Shown here: in pieces, positions 27,099 through 39,770 of the stretch | How the letters are laid out: each line of letters begins with the position of its first letter | Numbering within the stretch: position 1 is the stretch's first letter | Assembly (NCBI RefSeq): GCF_036321535.1 | Contig: NC_087437.1 | Location: 10,418,001-10,482,000 of the forward strand | DNA: 64,000 nt | Direction of reading: 5' to 3' | From: Camelus dromedarius | Lineage: Eukaryota | Translations under genes and position numbers: made by a program | Notes under the pieces: generated by a model | What the model was told of the DNA's origin: nothing | Databases searched by the model: none | The model's input: the letters and a program-made list of their open reading frames with translations, nothing else

Positions 27099-27957
27099 GT
27101 TTGTTTTTTTTAACATTTTTTATTGATTTATAATCATTTTACAATGTTGTGTCAAATTCCAGTGTAGAGCACAATTTTTCAGTTATACATGAACATATAT
27201 ATATTCATTCTCACATTTTTTTTTTTGCTGTGAGCTACCACAAGATCTTGTATATATTTCCCTGTGCTATACAGTATAATCTTGTTTTTTCCACATTTTG
27301 AAATCCCAGTCTGTCCCTTCCCACCCCCGCCCCCTTGGCAACCACAAGTTTGTATTCTATGTCTATGAGTCTATTTCTGATTTGTATTTATGCTTTATTT
27401 GTTTTTTGTGTTTTGTTTTTTTCAGATTCCACATATGAGCGATCTCATATGGTATTTTTCTTTCTCTTTCTGGCTTACTCCACTTAGAATGACATTCTCC
27501 AGGAGCATCCATGTTGCTGCAAATGGCGTTATGTTGTCAGTTTTTATGGCTGAGTAGTATTCCATGTATAAATATACCACTTCTTCTTTATCCAGTCATC
27601 TGTTGATGGACATTTAGGCTGTTTCCATGTCTTGGCTATTGTAAATAGTGGTGCTATGAACATTGGGGTGCAGGTGTCATTTTGAAGTAGGGTTCCTTCT
27701 GGATATATGCCCAGGAGCAGGATCCTGGGTTAAAGGGAAGTCTATTCCTAGACTTTTGAGGAATCTCCATACTGTTTTCCACAGAGGCTGCACCAAACTG
27801 CATTCCCACCAGCAGTGTAGGAGGGTTCCCTTTTCTCCACAGCCTCTCCAGCATTTGTCATTTGTGGATTTTTGAATGATGGCCATTCTGACTGGTGTGA
27901 GGGATACCTCATTGTAGTTTTGATTTGCATTTCTCTGATAATTAGTGATATTGAGCA
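27099..27957 (-). mobile_element. Young 5'-truncated L1, same family as the 60.9-kb element
   Basis: Perfect 16-bp TSD tcaaaatgcctggttt (27083-27098 / 27958-27973) at a TT/AAAA site; ORF2 tail [27 protein letters not shown]. Confidence 0.97.
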
Positions 27958-29654
27958 TCAAAATGCCTGGTTTTTAATAAATATCTTTAATAAATGTATA
28001 TATTATGTGTACATGTGCATAATTTTATAAACAAGTAGAGGTAAAGCCCTCTCTTAGTGGGTGCTTTGTGAAATAAATCCAGAGGAGCAGGACCTGAGGT
28101 TGTCTCCTAAATCCCCATCATCTCAGTATGAGCTCAGGCTTATATGTAAAAGCTGAGTATAAGCTGAGTGCAGAATACAAGAAACAGAAGGGCAACGGTT
28201 TCCATGCCAAGAGAGCCACTCATTCACAAGCACAAAAGGAAGACTTGAAGTCGTTATCATTTCTGTTCCTTTCCTCCTAGATAATATAAAACAGAAGCTA
28301 AGTCACTCCACAGATCTTAGATCAAATCTAAAATTAATTCCCACACATGCCAGTGGTATTCAAAAGGTGCCCACTAATTTGCAATCAGATTAATGTTTGC
28401 TGTAATATTCAAACATTTACTTATATAGTTCTCTCTTAGCATTTTTATATAAATATGTACTCTGGATCATCTGACAGAACTGTGGTACATTTCGGTCTCC
28501 TTTTTCCTGGAAGAATGGAAGAAAATGGTTACAGTAATGGTTTCTGAGACCCCTGCAGACAGCTCCTCTGGGTGAATGCAGACTTGGGTGTGGACTACTG
28601 AGGTGCATCGTTATCTAGCCGGCTCACAACTCCTGTGAATGTTTGTGGATATCAACTTGCTGCTGCGATGGATTTGCTTACTATAAAAGCTTAGCTTCTC
28701 ACTTCCAATTTTATTCCCACATGTCAAATGCATGACCATTTAAGAAAGCATTTTGAAGTTCGACTCTGATGGAAGCTAATGACACAATGAGTTCACATGA
28801 ACTGTGTTATTTTTTTAACCAAGAAATACCTTGTTACTTTGTCCCTTGCTTTTTACCTTGTGAAAGTAATGGCATTTTACTAAGAACAACTTGCCTTTTG
28901 AATGTGTCATGGGGTGGAGGAAGGGGAGCTAGGCTATTTGAAGTTAATACCCCTCACTTGTATAATTCATTGGCCTGTGTGAAATGAATGCTGCAATGGT
29001 TTTTTAAGGTAGATTTCAAAGGTTTTCTCAGTTTGGCTTTTGGCTATGACTAAGGTTCATGGGATTTATGTCTGCTTAATAAAATAAACAAAATTCCTCC
29101 TCGAAGGTCACCGCCGGGCTAGTGGTATAACAATTATATTGCAACTTGTTCAACCATTTATAGCTAACAGACAGAACTCAATTTACCTTCCCTTTGGAAG
29201 AGCTGGTCAATTCTACCCCTCCTCCAGTCCACATAAACCAAAGTGAGAGGGGCGGGAAGCTGGCTTCAAAAGCCTACTGGTGAAAGTACCTTAAACCTGG
29301 AAGCAGCTGGTGACAGTACATGAAAGATTCCAAAAAACAAAACAAAACAAAACTGCTCTGAGGATCAAAACATCACGGCCCTTTAAGTTTGGCAAACGAG
29401 CTGATTGATTCTGCAGATCAGTCTCTACAGTAAGTGACTTTCCTTGAGGGTTTTTGTTTTGTTTGGTTTGGTTTGGTTTGGTAGTTTTTTGTTTGTTTGT
29501 TTTTGTTTTGAAAGGGTAGAATCAGGATTCTTTAGCCCAACACAAATATGAAAATATACTTAGCATTAAAAACTAGCAGAGTTGAATATTATCCTTAGTC
29601 TAAAGCAAGCTCATGATAGTAAGTAAATTGCAAATGCTCTGTTTTCTCAATTAC

Positions 29655-31840
29655 TTTTCTTTTTTTCTTTTTTTTAATGGAAGTACTGACCGACAACACT
29701 ATGTTAGCTCCAGGTGCACAACATAGTGATTTGATATTTCTAAACATTCCTAATGATCACCAGAATAAGTCCAGTTACATCTGTCACCAGTTATTACAGT
29801 ATTATTGACTATATTCCCCATGCTGTACATTTCATCTCTGTGACTCATTTATTTTGTAACTGGAAGTGTACTGCTCTTAATCTCCCTCACCTAATTCATT
29901 CATCCCTTGACCCCATGCCCTCCTACAACAACCTGTCTGTTCTCTGCAACTGTGAGTCTATTTGTTTTCTTACGTTTGTTCATTTGTTTTGTTTTTTAGA
30001 TTCCACATATAAGTGAAATCCTATGATATTTGTCTTTCTCTGTTTGACTTATTTCCTTTAGCATAATACCTTCTACATCCATCCATTTATCACAAATGGC
30101 AAAATTTCCTTCTTTTCCAAGGCTGAGTAATATTCCATTGTGTACATACACATCTTCTTTATCCATTCATCTATTGATGGACACTTAGGTTGCTTCCATA
30201 TCTTGGCTCTTGTAAATATGCTGCAATGAATATTGGGATGCATATAACTATTCAAATAGTGTTTTTGTTTTCTTCTAGTAATATCCAAAAGTGAAATTGA
30301 TGGATTGTCTGATAGTTCTATTTTTAATTTTTTGAGGATCTTCCATATTGTTTTCCATAGTGGCTATGCCAATTTACAATTCCATCAACAGTGCACAAAG
30401 TTTACCTTATCTCCACATCCTCACCAACACTTATTTGTTGTCTTTTTGATGACAGCCATTTGACAGATGTATATTCATGCCTCCTCTGTCATGGATTAAT
30501 TTACCATATAAGTGTGAGTTTATTTCTGGGCTGTCTATTCTATTCCATTGATTTATGTGTCTGTTTCTGTGCCAGTACAGTACTGTTTTGATGACTGTAG
30601 CTTTGTAGTGTAGTTTGAAATCAGGGAACATGATACTTTCAGCTTTTTTTTTTTTCTCCTTAAGTTTGTTTTGACTATTCAGGGCCTTTTTTTGTTTCCA
30701 TACAAATTTTAGAATTATTTGTTCTCATTCTGTAAAAAATGCCATTGGTATTTGATAAAGCATTGAATCTGTTGATTGCCTTCTGCAGTATGGTCATTTT
30801 AACAATAGCAAGTCTTTCAGCCCATGAGCACAAACTATCTTTTTTGGTTTGTGTCATCTTCAATTTTTCTCATCAATGTCATAATTGTCCAAGTACAAGA
30901 TTTTTACGTCCTTGACTAGATTTATTCCCTGGGATTTTATTCTTTTGATGCAGTGAGGCTGCCAGCCCATTTGTCGGTAAGGTTGGGTCCTAGGGCAGTT
31001 GGCTGTGGGAGGGGGGCCTGGGGCTAGAGCTGGCTTGCTGGCGGGATAGGGCTGGATCCTGTGCCTGCTAGTTGGTGGGTAAGCCTCCAACAGTAATAGG
31101 CTAGGGGGAGGACTCCAAAGTGGCACTTGCATATGAGCAATAAAATGAAAGGAATGGTCTGTGAATCATTCCAGAGAAGAGAACACTGAGCTGGGTTTTG
31201 AGCAACCTGAGTTGTAGCCTCCTTTCCAGTGTCTTTGTGGTAGAACAAGCTTCCCAAGAATGGCTGCCACCAATGTCTGTGTCCCCAGGAGAAGTTCCAG
31301 TTACCACCTGCCTCTCTGGGAAGCTCTCCAAGATCAGCAATGGGTCTGACTCTGGGCTCCTTTCAAATTATTGCCTCTGTACTGGGGCTCATAGTGTGTG
31401 AGATTTTATGTGAGTCTTTTGAGAATGGAGTCTCTGTTTCCTACAGCCCTCCAGCTCTCCCATATGCAAGCTCCACTGGCCATCAAAGCCAGGTGTTCTG
31501 GGGGCTTATCTTCCCAGTGCAGGACCCCTAGCCTGGAAAGCCCAATGTGGGACTTGGACCCCTCGCTTCTTGTAGAAAATGCCTGCCATTGTAATTATCC
31601 TCCTGTTTGTGTGTCACCTACCCTGAGGCCCTGAAGTGTGGGTCTTGACTGTTCCACATCTCCACCCCTCTTACCTGTCTTGTGGTTCCCTCTTTATATC
31701 TTTAGTTGTGGAAGATTTTTTCTGCTGTTCTTCCAGTTTTTGTCATCAATAGTTTCTCTGTAAATAGTTGTAATTTTGGTGTGCCTGTGGGAGACAGTGA
31801 GCTCAAGAACTTCAAACTGTGCCATCCTGGCCACTTCTGT
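29655..31840 (-). mobile_element. Internally deleted L1: 5' UTR joined to two pieces of the ORF2 3' part, then 3' UTR and poly-A
   Basis: 5' UTR 30952-31840 is collinear with 5830-6525; ORF2 pieces are collinear with ~480-940 and ~1505-1990 of the first L1. Confidence 0.92.
31134..31228 (+). repeat. 95-bp direct duplicate of 32317-32413 inserted in an L1 5' UTR
   Basis: Identical except for 3 substitutions and one 2-bp indel. Confidence 0.97.
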
Positions 31841-32504
31841 CCTTCTTGAGCTTGGATGTCTGTATTAGTTGACAAAGAAGAGCTTGAGCATAACAATTTA
31901 CAAGAACTCTGCATCTAACGCTTCCATAAAACATGGAAAAGTACGTATCATCTATCTTCCCTCTTCTAAGCACTATTTAGAGATGAAAAAGGAAATTATG
32001 GGAAAGTCATATAGCTAGTAATGGGATTTACATATTTTTAGGGACAAATTCTGTCAGGAAAAAAAAAAATGCTCCCAATGGAAGTCTCCTCTTTACAAAT
32101 AAAACACATAAGGTTGAAATGGCTGATTTAAGACACACTTGGCATGGCTTTCTAGTGCGTAGTGTAAAATTATCAATCAAAACAAAGATTGCAATGACTA
32201 CTGAGGACAACTCTTGCTGAACAAAGAAGAAGAGGAAACAGCAGCTTCCTGCTTAGGAAAATAGTCCTTACATCTGACACAGAGACCATGCTGATGGACA
32301 ATTCTAAAATGAATGCTGAGCAATAAAATGAAAGGAATGGTGTCTGTGAATCATTCCAGAGAAGAGAACACCGAGCTGGGTTTTGAGCAACCAGAGTTGC
32401 AGCCTCCTTTCCATCACTGATTGGCTGGTAGGCTTTGGACAGATCAAGAGAGACTTGCAGTCACTGGAGTTTTTCTGCTCACAAAGTGCTTTTACCGGAA
32501 TCAC

Positions 32505-32852
32505 TGTGATGAACCACATTCTTCTTCAAAATACTTACTGCCCTTCCCTGCAGGCAAGCCCTTCCCTGGGGGGAATTCATACTTTCTGCTCCTTTCATGT
32601 CAGGCTAAGCTTGTGACTTCCAAGCAGAAGCTTTAAGAGCCAGTATTTGCTTCGCCATGATCTCTTTACCTCTGTGTCAACCAGCAATGTCTAGGGGCTG
32701 CTCTGCCAGCCTGGCCCCAGAATGACGATCATCACCAAGGGAGCCACACCTGACCCAGCGCGGACCGGCAGCTTGAGCAAGAAATAAGCCTTGGTCACTG
32801 AAATTTGGGAGTGATTTTTCACTAAAGCATAACAGCTTAAGCTGACTGATAA
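32505..32852 (+). mobile_element. MaLR solo LTR (MLT1J-like)
   Basis: 'agcagaagctttaagagccag', 'tgagcaagaaataagcctt...cactgaaatttggg...gctgactgataaa'. Confidence 0.8.
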
Positions 32853-33488
32853 AATCAAACTGACGTAACTTAAGATTTAACTGAAACCCATAGAAGTTAT
32901 GTTTCACATGCTTAGGATAACCAGCTAGTATTCTTCTCCCCTCCCCCCTCCCTCCATGGAGGGGCAGATTCCTGCGATTGCATATTTTGGGCCTTCAGTT
33001 CCTCATCTACATATTGAAAGAGTTAGAATAAATAATCTATAAAGCTCCTTCCAACTCTAACCTTCTGTGTTCCTCTGATTTCTCCTTTCATAGACTCCTG
33101 AGCTTCACAAGGGTTGCTTAGGTGATATTTGCCTCTGTGAGAAGTTATCCTAGGTATATTTGCTTGGATGAGATCCAAAATATTTGCATATTATAAAAAT
33201 TCCACAACTGTTACTGCAAAGTTCCAGGGCATATTGATTTACACTCCTTGATACTTTACTTTGTAAATAGGTTATTCAGGTTTTTATATATTTGCATACC
33301 ACCTGATAAAATTGCAAGCTTCTCTGTAAGGAAAGAACGTTTTCTTTTTTTTTCTTTTAACTTGCTCCCTATCATGCCTCACCATATTTTAATAGGTGCT
33401 AATGACCTTGCCTTTTAGCCAATGAATCCTTTTTTTTTTTACTACAAAATGATGGAAACTAGATTTAACAATAACATAAAGCATTCAT

Positions 33489-34087
33489 TGTAAAGATCTT
33501 AAAGATGGCAAATTGTTTGATACTTCTCCCATCAAGAGATAGTCAACTTCCCTCCCATTGATTCTGGGCTAGCTTGAGTGAATCACTTCTCACCAGGACA
33601 ATGCAGCAAAAGGGACATAGTGTGGCATCTGAGGCTAAAAGTTAGGAAAAGTCATGCAGTTTCCATCGTGTTGACTAGAACACTTATTCATGGAGCCTTA
33701 GAGTGTAAAAAGTGCAAGTACTCTGAGCCACCACATTGTGAGGAAGCCCAAGCCACATGAAGAAGCCACACGAAGAAGCCACACGGCACACACTCCAGGA
33801 GAGATATCCAGCAGAGCTCCGTTTCAGGTCATCTTAACGCATGAGCCAGACGTGTGATTGAATGAGCCTCCAGATAATTTCAGCACTCAGCGATTAACAT
33901 CACCCTCAGTTGTTTGAGTCTTCCTAGCAGAAGGCCCCAGATGTCATGGGGTAGAGACAAGAAATCCTTGCTCTGCCTAATGTAAATCCCTAAACGCACA
34001 TAAAAATCCATGAGCATCATAAAACGGCGGTTTTTATGCTACTACATTTTAGGGTGGATTGCTATGCAGCAGTAGATAACTGGAACA
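33489..34087 (+). mobile_element. MaLR solo LTR (MLT1F/G/H-like)
   Basis: 'tttgatacttctcccatcaagag', 'tgtgaggaagcccaagccacatg', terminal 'atgcagcagtagataactggaaca'. Confidence 0.9.
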
Positions 34088-34839
34088 TATGGTTTCTGTA
34101 AAAGTCACCCTGAGCCACCGTGTTGGCCCAGGCAAGTGTCACACAAAGAAGTGTATGCAACCACACTCTTTCTCTATGTTTATTTTTATTAGGGTGCAGC
34201 AACCCAGTAGGGTAAACACCTCTCCAGCAAGAGCAATCTGGAAGACAGGAGTATTAAAACATCAGGCAGAGATACAATCAAATTATTTGCAAGCTATTGC
34301 AACATAAAAAGGGTAGGTGCTGACAGCATCTCAGAACCTATTACTGTACCATGCAATTGCAACATAACAAAGGCACCCAGTCAGAGATGTCATCACAAAG
34401 ACAAGTGAAATCAATACTGACTCTAAAATACATTACAGCCCACTTTTAAATAAATATGGAAAATCTGTTTTAAATTGATTCTAGATCTGTGGGGAGCAAA
34501 CTGCTGTAACAATTTTTACATACAAAGCCCAGCGACAAGAACAGGGAGAAAACACCTGGGACACGCTCAGCTTGGGGTGGAGAGATGTTCTTTCATTTAA
34601 ATTCACTCTGTGATAGTGTTGTCCTTTATACTCAACAGCAGATTTCACCTTATGGATCTCAAAAGCTCTGCTCTGGGAGAGAAAAACCAACATGTTCAAA
34701 CTATAACACCTAGAAAGTTGTATTTAAAAAAAAGTCAAGTGCTCTTTAATGTTAGTTCAGTTTCCTAAAAAATCTACTCAGAAGGAGCAATAAAAAGTGT
34801 TACATTTCTTTTTAGTTGTTTCGTTTGAGCTTGTTTGTC

Positions 34840-34950
34840 TGGTTGGTTGGTTGGTTGGTTGATTGATTGGTTGGTTGATTGGTTGGTTGGTTGGTTTGTT
34901 GGTTGATTGGTTGGTTGGTTGGTTGGTTGGTTGGTTGGTTCGTTGGTTTG
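34840..34950. repeat. (GGTT)n/(GATT)n microsatellite
   Basis: Directly visible. Confidence 0.98.
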
Positions 34951-35973
34951 GGAGGCAGGTACCATGTTAGTTTATATGCACTTAACACAGGCTTGATGAC
35001 ATCTCTGTACTGGGTAGTAGTCTAGGCACCATGGATATAAAAGATATGAAAGGCGCAATCCTTACCCTCCAAGAATTTACACGTCAGGAAGGGAGAGATC
35101 GGTGTACCTAAAAGCAGCTATTGGGCAAAGCAGGTGGTTCTAAGAGCAGGAAACAAAAACTGGTGAACACAGACCTGTATCAGAAAGTTTCAATTTAATT
35201 TGGACATTAAATAATCCAAATCATATCTTAGATCCATGACTATATATTCACCCCTACCTCCATCCTTCCTTCCAAAATGGCAGCCTCCTTAGAAAAAGTA
35301 ACCTCAGATTACAATGTTTTTTTAAATCCCTCACCACGTCCTTCAGGTGTGTTGCTACACAGCACTGCTCAGTAAATCTGTGCGGAATGAATGAGTGCAG
35401 GGTACGTGATGTAAGACCCACCTCTACAGAACAGCTTGGTGTCCGGCCTCTCCCTACCTATTTCTGCAGTGTCCATTGGTCTTTTTCTCATCTCCCCATT
35501 TTTAGAAGCTGTCAATGTCATTTTAGTAAATCTCGAGTGTTACTGTCAGAATTTTGTATTTTGAGTTTTACCATGATTTGTGCAATGAAATATTTGGTTC
35601 CCTGGACAAGAAAACAGCTCTTCTCCACGAATTTGAAACAGAGAGATGACCATGTATTTCACCTGCAAATGACACGAGTCCTGGCTTCATTATCCTACTT
35701 CCAGCTAAATAGTGGCCCCACAGTCATGGGGTCCACAGTCTACCAGCTTTGCAAGGGCCTCTGAAATGTTTGTGACCTAATGAAAGATTTATTGACTCTA
35801 ATATATGAAAAGAAATCTGCAAAATAGAAGTGAAAACTGGTTAATTAAATACCTTCAATGGATAAAGTCACATTACCTAGATGATTACACCTTAGCTTTA
35901 ACACAGTTGTACAGAACGTAAATTCAGTGTGGACAATGGGCACCTTTTAACACGTGCTAGTAAAGGAGTGAAC

Positions 35974-36520
35974 TGTCAGGTTACAGAGGGGACTGTCCTT
36001 GGCCTCCAGCCTTCGGTCCACCCACCCTCTGGTTTTTCCTAACAAGGCTCTGGTTTTGTTCAAATCCCCAGCCCTTCCTCAAGCAGCTCTGTGCCTCGGG
36101 GGAAACTGACCCCAGTTCTAGAAATAAACTTTATAGTCTAATGGTGACATCACTCCCTTTAGCAGTGGTTGGTTGAGAAATTGGCATACAACTCAATTCT
36201 AACCAGTGAGATATGAAAAGAATTCTACTAGGGGAGGGGTGTTCTAGAGAAAGTTTCTTCTCTCCTAGAAGAGAGGCAGTCCCTTATGCCTGAAAGTTTT
36301 CTGTCTGAACATGATGCCTGGACTTACTCCAGCCATTCTGCTGAACCCTGAAGAAAAAACCAATGTGGAGGAGGGCTGAATAAACAGCTAGAAAGTCCTT
36401 GGGTCCTTAAAAACATGGCCAAGCAGTTGAATCAACCTATCCAACTTGGACTTCCTACCATGTGAAATAAAAATGTCTCCTCTGTTTAATCCAGTTTCGC
36501 TCAGTGTATCCTCACTGCTT
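35974..36520 (+). mobile_element. MaLR solo LTR (MLT1K-like)
   Basis: 'gcctcgggggaaactgacccc', 'actcaattctaaccagtgagat', 'tgatgcctggacttactccagccatt', 'tggacttcctaccatgtgaaataaaaat'. Confidence 0.75.
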
Positions 36521-37068
36521 TACAGGTACCCTGTCAGCCTAACCAACCAGTACCCTGACAGCTTACTTCCTGTCATCATCTGTCTCATATTCAGAGCCAT
36601 ATTCAGAGAATGACAAATGCCTTTCTATTACTGGCTGTAAGTCACCTAGCACAGGGATCACACTGCACTGGTCCCAGGTCAGTTAGTGGTGCCTGTCTGA
36701 ATAAAAGATATTCTTTCACATAGTAATACAACACACTCACTGTTGACAATAGCTAAGTTCAGCCTTGTGTCTGCGTTCAGTAAATTGTTGCCCATTGGCT
36801 ATAATCTGAGGACCACTGAGAAGCTGATGGACAATAATATCTCACCATTAAAGGCAGTGGAATACACTAACCAAGTATCGACTGCTCTTACCTAAGAAAT
36901 CATTTGTGAGTCTACCTGGAATTTTGAGCTACAGAACTGAGTGATAATAAATGGGGGTTCTTGTAAGCCAGTATGTTAGTGATCATTTGTTACACAGCAT
37001 TAGAAAAGAACTAGAGTGTAATACAAATCATAAAAAAAATTTAAAACACACAAAACTGAGAATATATG

Positions 37069-37265
37069 CTAGGGGTCAGCAAACCACAGCCCATGGACTA
37101 AAGCAAGCCCACGACCTGTTTTTATATAGTCCACAAGCTAAGAATGGTTTTTACATTTTTAAAGGTTCACAAAAAATTAAAAAAGAATATATGACAGACT
37201 ATGTGTGGCCCACAAAATCTAAAATGTTTACTGTTTAACCCTTTACAGAGAAAAGGGGCCCCTGT
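37069..37265. mobile_element. MER58-like hAT-Charlie MITE
   Basis: Termini 'aggggtcagcaaac' / 'cccctg'; internal 'agctaagaatggtttttacatttttaaagg'. Confidence 0.9.
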
Positions 37266-37299
37266 GATATACTATTTATTATGCCTTTATGTATAGGAA

Positions 37300-37690
37300 C
37301 ATGTATCCATAACAGCTCAGGCTCCATGCTGTGCTATGCTGAGTCTTTGCTGCATTTGCCCACTCTGGTCCATTCCCCAACTCCCTCCTCACCCTGTGAG
37401 GCTGGTCTGTATGGACCACAAGGTGTTTCTTGTTCCAGAGCATGGACAGCAGCAGCACTGCCAAGCAGAAAGCAGAAGGAAATTGAGGCTAGGGTGTCCA
37501 TTGACCCCTTCTCCTGCAGCACTGCATTGACAGGTATGTTCCTCAACCAAAGGGCACAGCTTCTTTCAAGGCTGAAACTGGCTGTCTCTTTTCCCTTTTG
37601 GCTTAGGGTGTCAGGCCCCAGACATCCATTGTGATTTCCCACGTTCTGCCCACACCTGTGTTAGTGCCTGCTCATTGCACACTCCGCCCC
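37300..37690 (+). mobile_element. ERVL solo LTR (LTR33-like)
   Basis: 'gaggctggtctgtatggac', 'gaggctagggtgtccatt', 'ctgcccacacct'. Confidence 0.5.
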
Positions 37691-37954
37691 TCACCCACCT
37701 CGGCTGGGACGCCTGATGATACACCCACTAACTTAACTATCATGATTACCTCTGGAGTGAGGAGGGGCAGGAATGAGAGATGACAAACAGAAACATGCAT
37801 TTGATCTGTAGGGCCAGCTCTCTTCCATTCATAAAAGGATTTGAAGCAAATATAGCAACATCTTCATAATGGCTGATTCTGGGTGGCAAAAACAGACACA
37901 AATATTTTTTTCTAGCATTTATATATCTTTTAATATCTTAAAATTAAACGACTT

Positions 37955-38246
37955 TACAAACATAGAAAACAAACTTATGGTTACCAAAGGAGAAGGGGGG
38001 AGGGATAAATTAGAAGTATGGGATTAATAAATACTCACTATTGTATATAAAATAGATAAACAACAAGGACCTGCTGTAGAGTACAGGGGACTAAATTCAG
38101 TATCTTGTAGTAACCTATAGTGGAAAAGAATCAAAACACACATATACACACACACATATATATGTATATGTATAACTGAATCACTTTGCTCTACACCTGA
38201 AATTAACACAATATTGTAAGTCAACTATACTTCAATTAAAAAAAAA
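37955..38246 (+). mobile_element. L1 3' UTR tip with poly-A
   Basis: 'acatagaaaacaaacttatggttaccaaagg'; TSD aaaattaa(ac/gt)gactttac on both sides. Confidence 0.93.
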
Positions 38247-39561
38247 TTAAGTGACTTTACCAGCCATTTTTTTGTTAAGACTGTCAAAATCACCTATTGA
38301 ATTCAAATTGTAGAGTCTTCCTGAGGGACCCCAGTTTTGCTTGATTGACGGGGGCACCTCCTAACTGGTAACTTCATCATGACTCACAGCACCCAAATCC
38401 CCACTGTCCATTCTGCTCATCACCACCCAAGGTGCAAAGCCACAGAGGCTGCTCAGCCTGGGACTGACTCAGCATCGTGATAGTCAGCACTTCTCCCAGA
38501 CGAGCAGTTCCAGTGGCTCTCCTCCCCTGAACCTGCCCAGCAGCCCTCTGTGCTGTTTGGAGAATGAAGTAATAAGCCTTCACTGCCAGTACTTATAAAA
38601 TGTTCTGGCTTTATGGGACAGCATCTCCTGCTGCTTTGGGAACAAATCCAGTTTAAGCAAGGAACCTGGAAGGAGAGCAAAAAGACAATTTTATAACCAT
38701 TGCACTAAGGACAGTGGAAAAGAAAAATTAGGTGCTTGATGAAAAAATCTCATCTTTAGAACAAATACAAAAAATCAGACTACTAGCTTGGATCTGTCCA
38801 ATGAAGTTATAAACATGAAATTCTAGAGTTAATCATGAAAGAAAGCTTTATGCGTAGTAGAAGACACTCCCCCTGAACAAACACCAACAGAAGGATTTGC
38901 CATCACTCCGCCCAGTACTATGAAATATGTGATCATCACTGCCCAAACATATCCTACTTCAGATAATCTGTCCCCCTCATCTGAATTCTGATCTTAGAGA
39001 AGTGCCTTTTGTGAGTTGTGTATGTTCAGTGGTTTTACGTGTCCTTCATTTTTTACCAGCTGTGACAAGATTTTTTTATCTTAATACAAAAGAAACCAAA
39101 CCTGTGCAAGAACAAGCTGTCAGGAATACTTACAGCCTTGCAGTTAACTCTCTCTCCGAGTGTGATTTAATCAGCAAGGTGCTGCTGACAGTGTGTAATA
39201 GAATACTGTAAAACCTACAGGTTAATGCCTCTGAGGGTGCCAAACGAGACTCCATAAAAGGTTTGGCAGTGAAATGAAAAATGATGATTATTTAGCATTT
39301 ATTAATCTTAGGTGGTATGCTAAGCTTTAAAGAACATAGCGTAGACGGGAGTGGGTTGCCTTTCAAGTTCCATGCTTTCCTTCATAAACATGGTAGAGCC
39401 TTTTATAACACTATCACTATGTAAGAATATGAAGTAGAAATACCTTGACTCCTTGGACAAAGGCAGAAAAATACACAAATAAAAGCCAAAAGGACTTCTG
39501 AGGCTTGTGTCCTTCATTCATAACCTGCTCCCATTTACAGCACAATCTTAGACAGCTTGAT

Positions 39562-39770
39562 CAGGGGTCAGCAAGCTGCAGCCTGTAGGTGTGCCACCCA
39601 TTACTGTAAACAGTGTTTCATTGGAACCCAGCCATAACTATTTGTTTACATATTGTCTGACTGCTTTTCCACAACAACTGAGATGAGTACTTATGACAGA
39701 GACCACATGGCCAGCAGAGCCAGAAGTATTTACTATCTGGTCATTTCCAGAAAAGGTTTATTGACCCCTG
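39562..39770. mobile_element. MER58A-like hAT-Charlie MITE
   Basis: Terminal inverted repeats caggggtca / tgacccctg; 'atatt gtct', 'gacagagaccacatggcc' and 'tatttactatctgg' internal motifs. Confidence 0.92.

Noticed and set aside
31134..32413. The 95-bp direct repeats as LTRs or a TSD of an element between them
   Set aside because: One copy interrupts an L1 5' UTR that continues on both sides; no TG...CA termini or internal retroviral sequence.
34774..34965. ORF with PTNQ repeats
   Set aside because: Translation of the (GGTT)n microsatellite.
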